Position numbers and translations under genes: made by a program. This document shows, one piece after another, positions 18,193 to 28,832 of a DNA stretch of 32,000 nt (its first letter is position 1; the number at the start of each line of letters is the position of its first letter). This stretch comes from Longivirga aurantiaca. Its GTDB lineage: Bacteria; Actinomycetota; Actinomycetes; S36-B12; CAIYMF01. The DNA lies in NCBI RefSeq assembly GCF_042660085.1, contig NZ_JBHSTI010000008.1, positions 1,329,876-1,361,875 on the forward strand, read 5' to 3'. The notes under the pieces were generated by a model. The model saw only the letters and a list, made by a program, of their open reading frames with translations, made no database searches and had not been told where the DNA came from.

Positions 18193-20253
18193 GTGTCCAA
18201 TGTGACGGGTTCCGCCAAGCGCCTCCTGGTCGGCCGTGCCCTCTCCAGCGAGCAGCTCGGCGAGACTCTGCTGCCCAAGCGCATCGCGTTGCCCGTCTTC
18301 GCCTCGGACGCCCTGTCGTCGAACGCGTACGCCACCCAGGAGATCCTCCTGGTCCTGTCCCTCGGCGGCGTGGTGCTCTACGACTTCGCGCCGTGGGTGG
18401 CCCTCATGGTGATCGTCATCTACACGGTGGTGGTCGCCTCCTACCGGCAGAACGTCCACGCCTACCCGAGCGGCGGCGGCGACTACGAGGTGGTCACGAC
18501 CAACCTCGGGGCGAGAGCGGGCGTGTTCGTGGCGAGCGCGCTGCTCGTCGACTACGTCCTCACGGTCGCCGTGTCGATCTCGGCGGCGGTGGCGAACCTG
18601 GCCTCGGCGTACAGCGTGATCGGCGAGCACAAGACGCAGTGGGCCGTCGCCGTGATCGTCGTGATCACGCTCATGAACCTGCGAGGCGTGCGGGAGTCCG
18701 GGCTCGCGTTCGCGATCCCGACGTACGGCTTCGTCCTGGGCATCTTCGGCATGGTGGGCTACGCGATCTACCGCATCGCCCAGGGTGACGTGCTGCGAGC
18801 CGAGAGCGCGGACTGGGTGATCACCCCGGAGGGCAGCTTCGCGGGGGCGGCGCTGGTCTTCCTCATCGCGAGGGCGTTCTCGTCCGGCACGACCGCGCTC
18901 ACGGGTATCGAGGCCATCGCGAACGGCGTGCCGGCCTTCCGCAAGCCCAAGAGCAAGAACGCTGCGACGACGCTGCTGATGCTGGGCGCGATCGCCATGA
19001 CCATGTTCGCCGCGATCACCTGGCTCGCGCTCTACACCCAGGTAAGGGTGACCGAGTTCGACCGGGACCTCATCGGGCTGCCGGAGGGCCAGGCGCAGAA
19101 GACGGTCATCGCGCAGATCGCGGACGCCGTGTTCGGCGACTTCACGATCGGGTTCCTCTACGTCTCGTTCGCCACCGCCCTCATCCTGGCGCTGGCGGCC
19201 AACACGGCGTTCAACGGCTTCCCGGTGCTGGGCTCGGTGCTCGCGCGCGACGGCTACCTCCCGAGGCAGCTCCACACGCGTGGCGACCGGCTTGCCTTCA
19301 GCAACGGCATCGTGGTGCTCGCGGGCCTGGCGGTCGTCCTCGTGATCGCGTACCGCGCCGAGGTGACCGCGCTCATCCAGCTGTACATCCTGGGCGTCTT
19401 CGTCTCCTTCACGCTGAGCCAGCTCGGCATGATCAAGCACTGGAACCGCCTGCTGCGGGCGAACCCGCCAGCGGGGGAGCGACGGGCCGCCCTGCGCAGC
19501 CGTGCGATCAACGCAGTCGGCTTCGTGATGACCGGAAGCGTGCTCATCATCGTCCTGGTCACGAAGTTCACGAAGGGCGCGTGGATCGTCTGCGTCGCGA
19601 TGCCCCTGATCTACCTGCTCATGCGCGCCATCCACAACCACTACGCGCAGGTCCGAGTCGAGCTCGCAGCAGGGGACAACGAGCGGGTCACGCTTCCTGC
19701 CCGCGTGCACGCCGTGGTGCTGGTGTCCAAGGTGCACAAGCCGACGCTGCGCGCGCTGGCGTTCGCCCGGGCGACCCGTCCGAGCACGCTCGAGGCCGTC
19801 ACTGTCGACGTCGACGAGGCCGACACCGCTCGGCTCGTGGCCGACTGGGACCGTCGCGCGATCCCCGTCCCGCTCAAGGTGCTCGACTCGCCGTACCGCG
19901 AGGTCACCCGCCCGATCCTCGACCACGTCCGCGGCCTGCGGCGCAGCAGCCCGCGCGACCTGGTGATCGTCTACGTGCCCGAGTACGTCGTCGGCCACTG
20001 GTGGGAGCAGATCCTGCACAACCAGAGCGCGCTGCGGCTCAAGAGCCGGCTCCTGTTCCAGCCCGGCGTCATGGTCTGCGCGGTCCCGTGGCAGCTGGCC
20101 TCATCCGAGGGGCTCGTCGACCGTCCGGAGCCCATCGCGGCCGGAGCCGTGCGCAGGGGCGAGCCGGACGCCGTCACCCAGGACGCCGTGGTCTCGGCGG
20201 AGTTCGTCGACCCGGACGGCGGAGTCCGAGGAACCGCTGGTCCGAGCTCATGA
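18193..20253 (+). CDS. APC-superfamily permease with about 200-aa cytosolic C-terminal domain; KimA-like putative K+ transporter
   Basis: 686 aa. The N-terminal KRLLVGRALSSEQL...ALPVFASDALSSNAYATQEIL...SYRQNVHAYPSGGGDYEV closely resembles what I recall of the B. subtilis KimA N-terminus. About 12 TM segments precede a soluble C-terminal domain. Confidence 0.85.
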   Translation: MSNVTGSAKRLLVGRALSSEQLGETLLPKRIALPVFASDALSSNAYATQEILLVLSLGGVVLYDFAPWVALMVIVIYTVVVASYRQNVHAYPSGGGDYEVVTTNLGARAGVFVASALLVDYVLTVAVSISAAVANLASAYSVIGEHKTQWAVAVIVVITLMNLRGVRESGLAFAIPTYGFVLGIFGMVGYAIYRIAQGDVLRAESADWVITPEGSFAGAALVFLIARAFSSGTTALTGIEAIANGVPAFRKPKSKNAATTLLMLGAIAMTMFAAITWLALYTQVRVTEFDRDLIGLPEGQAQKTVIAQIADAVFGDFTIGFLYVSFATALILALAANTAFNGFPVLGSVLARDGYLPRQLHTRGDRLAFSNGIVVLAGLAVVLVIAYRAEVTALIQLYILGVFVSFTLSQLGMIKHWNRLLRANPPAGERRAALRSRAINAVGFVMTGSVLIIVLVTKFTKGAWIVCVAMPLIYLLMRAIHNHYAQVRVELAAGDNERVTLPARVHAVVLVSKVHKPTLRALAFARATRPSTLEAVTVDVDEADTARLVADWDRRAIPVPLKVLDSPYREVTRPILDHVRGLRRSSPRDLVIVYVPEYVVGHWWEQILHNQSALRLKSRLLFQPGVMVCAVPWQLASSEGLVDRPEPIAAGAVRRGEPDAVTQDAVVSAEFVDPDGGVRGTAGPSS

Positions 20254-21506
20254 TGCGCGCCGGCGACAGGCTGGTCGTCGAGGTCGGCCCGGTCGCGCAC
20301 GGTGGGCACTGCGTCGCTCGGCACGACGGCCAGGTGCTCTTCGTGCGGCACGCCCTGCCAGGCGAGCAGGTCGAGGTCGTGGTGACCGACGTCGGCAGGA
20401 AGAACCGGTTCGTGCGGGCGGATGCGGTGGCAGTGCTCACGCCGTCGCCGGACCGCGTCGAGGCGCCGTGCGCCCACGCGCGACCGGGCGGGTGCGGCGG
20501 ATGCGACTGGCAGCACGCGTCCGTGCCGGCTCAGCGTGCTCTGAAGGCGACCGTTCTGCGCGAGCAGCTCGCACGGCTCGGCGGGATCACCGAGCTCGGG
20601 GGAGTGCCGCTGGAGGAGTGCGTCGACGTCGTGGCGGTGCGTGGCGACGAAGGCGGCCTCGGGTGGCGCACGCGCGTCCGGTTCGCCGTGGGGCCCAACG
20701 GCAAGGCGGGCTTCCGCGGCCACCGCTCGCACGAGGTCCACGCGGTGGACCCGTGCCCGCTGACCTCGGCGGGCGTCCAGTCGATCGGTGCGACCCACGA
20801 GTCGTGGGACGGCGCGGAGGAGATCGAGGTCGTGGCCTCCTCCGGCGGCGACCGCACCGTGGTCGTCGAGCCCGCCAAGCTGGGACGGCGGCTCCCGGCC
20901 GATGTCAACGTGCCCGGCCTTCGCGGCCGTGGCTGGGTTCGCGAGAACGCCGCGGGCCGGGAGTGGCGGGTCGCCGCCGACGGTTTCTGGCAGGTGCACC
21001 CCGGCGCCGCCGACACGCTGGTCGACGTCGTGCGCGCTCTGCTCGCGCCGCAGCCCGGTGAGCACCTGCTCGACCTCTACTGCGGGGTGGGGCTGTTCGC
21101 CGGGGCGCTGGCCGCCGACCTCGGCGAGGAGGGCTCGGTCGACGCCGTGGAGGCGTCGGTGCAGGCGTGCGCGGACGCGCGCCGCAACCTGCACGACCTC
21201 CCGAACGTCCGCATCCACGCCGCGCCGGTGGAGAGCTGGCTGCTCTCACCGACCGCGTCCGACTCCGCCGACCTGGTGGTGCTCGACCCGCCGCGCAGCG
21301 GGGCCGGAACCGAGGTGATGGACGCCGTCCTCGACCGCGCGCCGCGCGCGATCGCCTACGTCGCGTGCGACCCGGCGTCGCTCGGCCGCGACCTCGGGCA
21401 CGCCGTCCAGGCCGGCTGGCGGGTCGCCTCGGTCCAGGGCTTCGACCTGTTCCCGATGACCCACCACCTCGAGGCGGTCGCGCTCCTGCTGCCGCCTTCG
21501 CGCTGA
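20250..21506 (+). CDS. TRAM-domain class I SAM-dependent RNA (uracil-5) methyltransferase, RumA/TrmA family
   Basis: Its start overlaps the upstream stop (ATGATG). An N-terminal TRAM-like beta region, the Cys cluster CAHARPGGCGGCDWQH, SAM motif LLDLYCGVGLF and the catalytic region AYVACDP. Confidence 0.9.
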   Translation: MMRAGDRLVVEVGPVAHGGHCVARHDGQVLFVRHALPGEQVEVVVTDVGRKNRFVRADAVAVLTPSPDRVEAPCAHARPGGCGGCDWQHASVPAQRALKATVLREQLARLGGITELGGVPLEECVDVVAVRGDEGGLGWRTRVRFAVGPNGKAGFRGHRSHEVHAVDPCPLTSAGVQSIGATHESWDGAEEIEVVASSGGDRTVVVEPAKLGRRLPADVNVPGLRGRGWVRENAAGREWRVAADGFWQVHPGAADTLVDVVRALLAPQPGEHLLDLYCGVGLFAGALAADLGEEGSVDAVEASVQACADARRNLHDLPNVRIHAAPVESWLLSPTASDSADLVVLDPPRSGAGTEVMDAVLDRAPRAIAYVACDPASLGRDLGHAVQAGWRVASVQGFDLFPMTHHLEAVALLLPPSR

Positions 21507-21544
21507 CGGCTGCCTCCGTGCCGCCGCCCGCGTAGCGTGGCCGC

Positions 21545-21925
21545 ATGAAGCATGTTGCTGGAGACATGTCGGTGGCCGCCCCCGTCCTCGTGAGCGCGGA
21601 CGTCCCGGCCTCGCTCGAGCGCTACCGGGCCCTCGGGTTCATGGTGTCGGCGCACGAGGACGGCCACGCCTACGGCTTCCTGCGCCGCGGCGAGGCCTGG
21701 CTGCACGTGTCGCTGCTGCCCGATCTCGACCCGACCATGAACGCCGTGTCGGCGTACCTCTACTGCGACGACGCCGACGCGCTGCACGCGGAGTGGGCCG
21801 CATCGGGCGTGGCCGGCCGGCACGTGCCGCCCGTCGACACCGACTACGGGCTCCGCGAGGGGGCGTACATCGACCCCGACGGCAACCTGCTGCGCTACGG
21901 GAGCCCGCTGCCGCACCACTCCTGA
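21545..21925 (+). CDS. VOC (glyoxalase/bleomycin-resistance) family protein
   Basis: 126 aa. The C-terminal YGLREGAYIDPDGNLLRYG is typical of bleomycin-resistance/glyoxalase-fold proteins. Confidence 0.72.
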   Translation: MKHVAGDMSVAAPVLVSADVPASLERYRALGFMVSAHEDGHAYGFLRRGEAWLHVSLLPDLDPTMNAVSAYLYCDDADALHAEWAASGVAGRHVPPVDTDYGLREGAYIDPDGNLLRYGSPLPHHS

Positions 21926-21931
21926 GGCGCG

Positions 21932-21952
21932 CACCCCCGCGTGCCGGGGGTG
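21932..21952 (+). terminator. Short GC stem-loop after the VOC gene
   Basis: CACCCCCG / CGGGGGTG: an 8-bp stem with a 5-nt loop, starting 7 nt after the stop. No U-tract. Confidence 0.45.
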
Positions 21953-21973
21953 GTGCCGGTCGGTACGATGAAG

Positions 21974-21991
21974 TATCTTGACGTCAAGATA
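21974..21991. promoter_or_regulatory. Perfect 18-bp palindrome TATCTTGACGTCAAGATA upstream of acn (candidate operator overlapping the promoter)
   Basis: Read directly from the sequence. It is an AT-rich island in GC-rich DNA, 48 nt upstream of the acn ATG, and carries TTGACG (-35-like) on both strands. Confidence 0.5.
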
Positions 21992-22038
21992 AATTGCGAT
22001 CGGTTCCAGAAGGCACGACGGCGGAAGGACTCCCTGGC

Positions 22039-24699
<2,661 letters not shown>

Positions 24700-24714
24700 G
24701 AGGCAGCACCCCCG

Positions 24715-24758
24715 GACGACGGCGGCCCCCACCTCTCGCCAGGTGAGGGGCCGTCGTC
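24715..24758 (+). terminator. Imperfect GC-rich stem-loop after acn
   Basis: GACGACGGCGGCCCCCACCT ... AGGTGAGGGGCCGTCGTC: a long stem with small bulges, starting 16 nt after the acn stop. Confidence 0.55.
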
Positions 24759-24798
24759 ATGCCCGGGTGCGGTCGTGCGCTCTCACTAGAGTCGCGGC

Positions 24799-25170
24799 GT
24801 GGTTCGTGACCTCGCCCCGCCCGGCTGGCCGTCGGGCGTGCTGCCTCCCGGCGCCCCGGGGTGGGAGGACTCCGTCGTCGGGTGGCTGCTCGACCAGTGC
24901 CCGCCGGAGTACCGCGGCCACGACGTGCTGCGCCGCCATCCCGTCGTGCTCGTGCGCTTCGCCGCGCACCACATCGAGTCCGCGCTCGCCGGCGCGCGGT
25001 CGGCGTACGGCTCCGCGCGGCGCGAGCTGGGGGAGCGGGTGGCCCCGGAGGTGCTCGACCAGTCGCTGCGGGCGCTCGAGGCCGAGGGCGCCCGGCTGGC
25101 GCGCGCCTCGCGGGAGATCGCCCTGGTGGAGGACGCCCTGCTCGGCGGCCGGTGGACCCCGCGGCTGTAG
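24799..25170 (+). CDS. Hypothetical protein (123 aa)
   Basis: GTG-initiated ORF with clear third-position GC bias, unlike the overlapping ORFs in other frames. I recognise no family. Confidence 0.5.
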   Translation: MVRDLAPPGWPSGVLPPGAPGWEDSVVGWLLDQCPPEYRGHDVLRRHPVVLVRFAAHHIESALAGARSAYGSARRELGERVAPEVLDQSLRALEAEGARLARASREIALVEDALLGGRWTPRL

Positions 25171-25440
25171 GTCGCCGCCCCAGACCCTATGCAAACGCTG
25201 TCATCGGTGGAGTCCGGGGCGATCCGGACATTCGGGAACAGCGGGTGACGGGCGCGTGACGAAATTGTTACCGGACACAACGAACTTTGTTGCGTGTAGG
25301 GGTGGCCTCGGTCACACAGGGGGAATATGTTCGCGCTGGCAACATTCACCGGGCGTCCTCCGACGACCGGTTCTGCTCCCTCCCGGGTGGCTCAACCCGG
25401 GCCCTTCATGCACAGCGGACCTGTGCGAGAGAGGACGAGA

Positions 25441-26571
25441 ATGAGCAAGCGTCACCTGGCCATCGCTGGTGCGGCGGCCCTTTCCCTCCTGCTGGCTGCC
25501 TGTGGCAGCAGCAGCGATGGCGGCACGACCACGAGCGCGGCCCCGGCCGAGAGCTCGTCGAGCGCAGCCCCTGCCGGCGGCAAGGTCGGCGTCATCCTCC
25601 CCGACGCGGCCTCGTCGCCCCGCTGGGAGAACAATGACCGCCCGGCGCTCGATGCCGCCATCACCGGTGCCGGCTTCGAGGCGATCATCCAGAACGCCGA
25701 CAAGGACGTGAGCAAGTTCGCGACCCTGTGCGACTCGATGATCAACCAGGGCGTCAACGTCCTGATGATCGTGAACCTCGACTCCGAGTCTGGCGCTGCG
25801 TGCCAGAAGAAGGCGCTCGACGCCGGTATCCCGTCGATCGACTACGACCGCCTCACGCTCGGCGGCTCGGCCAAGTACTACGTCTCGTTCGACAACGTCC
25901 AGGTCGGCAAGCTCATGGGCGATGGCCTCATCAAGTGCCTCGACACCGCGGGCAAGACGAAGGCGAACATCGTCTTCATCAACGGCGACCCGACCGACAA
26001 CAACGCCGCGCTCTTCAAGGAGGGCTACGCGGGCGCCCTGAAGGCCAAGATCGACTCCGGCGACTACACGCTGGTGGGCGACCAGACCGGTAAGTGGGAC
26101 GCCACCGTCGCGCAGACCACGTTCGAGCAGCTGTACACGCAGAACGACGGCAAGGTCGACGGCGTCATCTCCGCCAACGACACCATGGCGGGCGGCATCG
26201 TCACCGTGCTGACCAACAACAAGGTCGCGGGCCAGGTCCCGGTCACTGGTCAGGACGCCTCTGACGAGGGCCTGCAGCGGGTCATCGCCGGCACCCAGTG
26301 CGGCACGGTCTTCAAGGACGTCAACGTCGAGGCCAAGGCTGCGGCCGACCTCGCCATCGCGATCCTGAAGGACGACGGCTCGGCTGACGCGCTGGTGAAC
26401 GGCAAGGTCACCGACAGCACCACCAACGTCGAGGTCCCCTCGGTGTTCGCCACGCCCGTCTGGGTGACGCAGGAGAACATCAAGGCGCCGTTCGATGCCG
26501 GCTACACCACGGTCGAGAAGGTCTGCACGGCCGACTACGCGGACGCGTGCGCCAAGCTCGGTCTGAGCTAG
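25441..26571 (+). CDS. xylF: D-xylose-type sugar ABC transporter substrate-binding lipoprotein
   Basis: Signal peptide with lipobox (LSLLLAAC). There is extended similarity to E. coli XylF as I recall it: PRWENNDR, YDR...YVSFDN.QVGKL, DNNAALFKEG, ANDTMAGG and GQDASDEGLQRVIAGTQCGTVFK. Confidence 0.88.
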   Translation: MSKRHLAIAGAAALSLLLAACGSSSDGGTTTSAAPAESSSSAAPAGGKVGVILPDAASSPRWENNDRPALDAAITGAGFEAIIQNADKDVSKFATLCDSMINQGVNVLMIVNLDSESGAACQKKALDAGIPSIDYDRLTLGGSAKYYVSFDNVQVGKLMGDGLIKCLDTAGKTKANIVFINGDPTDNNAALFKEGYAGALKAKIDSGDYTLVGDQTGKWDATVAQTTFEQLYTQNDGKVDGVISANDTMAGGIVTVLTNNKVAGQVPVTGQDASDEGLQRVIAGTQCGTVFKDVNVEAKAAADLAIAILKDDGSADALVNGKVTDSTTNVEVPSVFATPVWVTQENIKAPFDAGYTTVEKVCTADYADACAKLGLS

Positions 26572-26577
26572 TACCGA

Positions 26578-26615
26578 CGACGGGGGCCCGGTACACCTGT
26601 ACCGGGCCCCCGTCG
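26578..26615 (+). other. Perfect 18-bp GC-rich intercistronic stem-loop between xylF and the ATPase gene
   Basis: CGACGGGGGCCCGGTACA cc TGTACCGGGCCCCCGTCG, starting 7 nt after the xylF stop. No U-tract. The next gene starts 46 nt downstream. Confidence 0.6.
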
Positions 26616-26660
26616 CCACACCCACCGCACTTCTCACTCACTCCCTCACCGAGAGGCGCC

Positions 26661-27521
26661 ATGACCGTCACGACGACCTCAGGCGACGCGTTCGTGTCGC
26701 CCGACAGCCCGCCGCTGCTGTCGCTGCGCAAGGTCAACAAGAGCTTCGGTGCAGTCGACGTGCTGAAGGACGTCGACCTCGACGTCCGGCTGGGTCGCGT
26801 CACCGCCCTCGTCGGCGACAACGGCGCCGGCAAGTCGACCCTCATCAAGGGGATCGCGGGAATCTACTCCTTCGACTCCGGTGAGTACTTCTGGGAGGGG
26901 CAGCCCGTCGAGGTCGCCAACCCCAAGGACGCCAACGCCATCGGCATCGAGGTCGTCTACCAGGACCTCGCCCTGTGTGACAACCTCGACATCGTCCAGA
27001 ACATGTTCCTGGGCCGCGAGGAGACCTCGGCAGCCGTGCTCGACGAGATCACCATGGAGGAGCGGGCCAAGAGCACCCTCGCCGGTCTGTCGGTGCGCAC
27101 GGTGAAGTCGGTCCGACAGAAGGTCGCCAGCCTGTCCGGGGGCCAGCGTCAGACGGTTGCCATCGCCCGCGCCGTGCTGTGGAACTCCAAGCTCGTCATT
27201 CTCGACGAGCCCACGGCCGCCCTGGGCGTGGCTCAGACCGAGCAGGTGCTGCGCCTCGTGCGGCGCCTGGCCGACAACGGCCTCGCAGTCATCCTCATCA
27301 GCCACAACATGAACGACGTCCTCGCCGTCGCCGACGACATCGCGGTCCTCTACCTCGGGCGTTGCACTGCGCACGTCCAGGCCAAGGATGTGACCCACTC
27401 GCAGGTGGTCGAGCTGATCACCGGCGGCGGGCTCGCACCGTCCAGCGGCGATGGCATCGAGGTCGTTCCGGTCGAGCTGCACATCGACGCTCCGACCGCC
27501 GAGCAGGGAGATGAGTCATGA
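26661..27521 (+). CDS. xylG: Sugar ABC transporter ATP-binding protein, single NBD
   Basis: Walker A GDNGAGKST, signature LSGGQRQ, Walker B LVILDEPT and H-loop ISHNM. At 286 aa there is room for only one nucleotide-binding domain. Confidence 0.9.
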   Translation: MTVTTTSGDAFVSPDSPPLLSLRKVNKSFGAVDVLKDVDLDVRLGRVTALVGDNGAGKSTLIKGIAGIYSFDSGEYFWEGQPVEVANPKDANAIGIEVVYQDLALCDNLDIVQNMFLGREETSAAVLDEITMEERAKSTLAGLSVRTVKSVRQKVASLSGGQRQTVAIARAVLWNSKLVILDEPTAALGVAQTEQVLRLVRRLADNGLAVILISHNMNDVLAVADDIAVLYLGRCTAHVQAKDVTHSQVVELITGGGLAPSSGDGIEVVPVELHIDAPTAEQGDES

Positions 27522-28786
27522 GCGAGACGTCCCTGACCCAGAAGGAGCTCGAGAATGCGGCCGAGGTGCCCGACAACGGGCTGTCAGCTGCCGCCCGTGA
27601 GTATGTCGCACGCGTGCGCGGCGGCGACGTCGGCCCACTGCCCGCAATCCTCGGGCTCGTCGTGCTGCTTCTGGTCTTCTCGGCTTTGCGGCCGACCACG
27701 TTCACGAACCCGTTCAACTTCGCGAACCTGATCGTCCAGAGCGCGGCCATCATCGTGATCGCGATGGGCCTGGTGTTCGTCCTGCTGCTGGGTGAGATCG
27801 ACCTGTCCGCCGGCTTCACCGCCGGAGTGTGCGGCGCCATGCTCGGCATCGTCACCACGCGGTGGGGGATGTCGTGGATCGTCGGGGTGCTCGTCTGCCT
27901 CGCGGTCGGCGCCGTGATCGGCTTGGTCATCGGAACACTGGTGTCGAGGATCGGCATCCCTTCATTCGTCGTCACCCTGGCCATGTTCCTGGCGCTGCAG
28001 GGCGCTCTGCTCGGCCTCATCGGCGAGGGCGGCACCATCCGCATCTCCAGCCCCGTGATCCTGGCGATCATGGCGAACACCCTCCCGCCGTGGCTCGGCT
28101 GGGTGCTCTTCGTCGTCTGCATGGCCGCGTACGCCTTCTTCACCTACCGGGCCATGGCCGTGCGGCGCGCGAAGGGCCTCGTCGCGCAGTCGACGTCGGT
28201 CTGGGCCGTGAAGGTGGGCTGCCTGGGCCTGCTGCTCGGACTGTGCGTGTTCTACTTGAACCTCGAGCGCAGCCGCAATTCCGCCCTGAGCTCGATCAAG
28301 GGGATCCCGATCGTCGTCGTGCTCCTGCTGGTGCTCCTCGTCGCGTTGACGTTCCTGTTGCTGCGCACGGCGTTCGGTCGTCACCTGTATGCCATCGGCG
28401 GCAACGCCGAGGCGGCGCGACGCGCCGGCATCAACGTCCCGCTGCTGCGCACTCTGGCCTTCGTGCTGTGTTCCACCATCGCGGGCATAGCGGGCATCGT
28501 GCTGGCCAGTCGTGTCAACTCGGTGACCCCGTCGACAGGCGGCGGCGAGACTCTCCTGTTCGCCGTGGCTGCAGCGGTCATCGGTGGCACGAGCCTCTTC
28601 GGAGGCAAGGGTCGTCCGGCGGACGCCATCATCGGTGGTCTCGTCATCGCGGTCGTCGGCAACGGCATGGGTCTGCTCAACCAGCCCGCAGCCGTGGTGT
28701 ACATCGTCACCGGCTTCGTGCTGCTCCTCGCGGCAGGCGTCGATGCGCTCTCGCGTCGTCGCTCGGCTGCGACCGGTCGAGGCTGA
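27518..28786 (+). CDS. xylH: Sugar ABC transporter permease (XylH-like)
   Basis: The ATG overlaps the ATPase stop (ATGA). 422 aa, multi-TM, with GEIDLSAG and LYAIGGNAEAARRAGI motifs typical of CUT2 permeases. Confidence 0.9.
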   Translation: MSETSLTQKELENAAEVPDNGLSAAAREYVARVRGGDVGPLPAILGLVVLLLVFSALRPTTFTNPFNFANLIVQSAAIIVIAMGLVFVLLLGEIDLSAGFTAGVCGAMLGIVTTRWGMSWIVGVLVCLAVGAVIGLVIGTLVSRIGIPSFVVTLAMFLALQGALLGLIGEGGTIRISSPVILAIMANTLPPWLGWVLFVVCMAAYAFFTYRAMAVRRAKGLVAQSTSVWAVKVGCLGLLLGLCVFYLNLERSRNSALSSIKGIPIVVVLLLVLLVALTFLLLRTAFGRHLYAIGGNAEAARRAGINVPLLRTLAFVLCSTIAGIAGIVLASRVNSVTPSTGGGETLLFAVAAAVIGGTSLFGGKGRPADAIIGGLVIAVVGNGMGLLNQPAAVVYIVTGFVLLLAAGVDALSRRRSAATGRG

Positions 28787-28832
28787 CCGGGCAGGTTCAG
28801 CCCGTCCGGCAACACCGAGGGAGGTTCGACCC

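Noticed and set aside
28817-28832. GGTTCGACC string resembling a tRNA T-loop
   Set aside because: It is part of the RBS region of the ROK gene. No acceptor or anticodon stems can be drawn around it.
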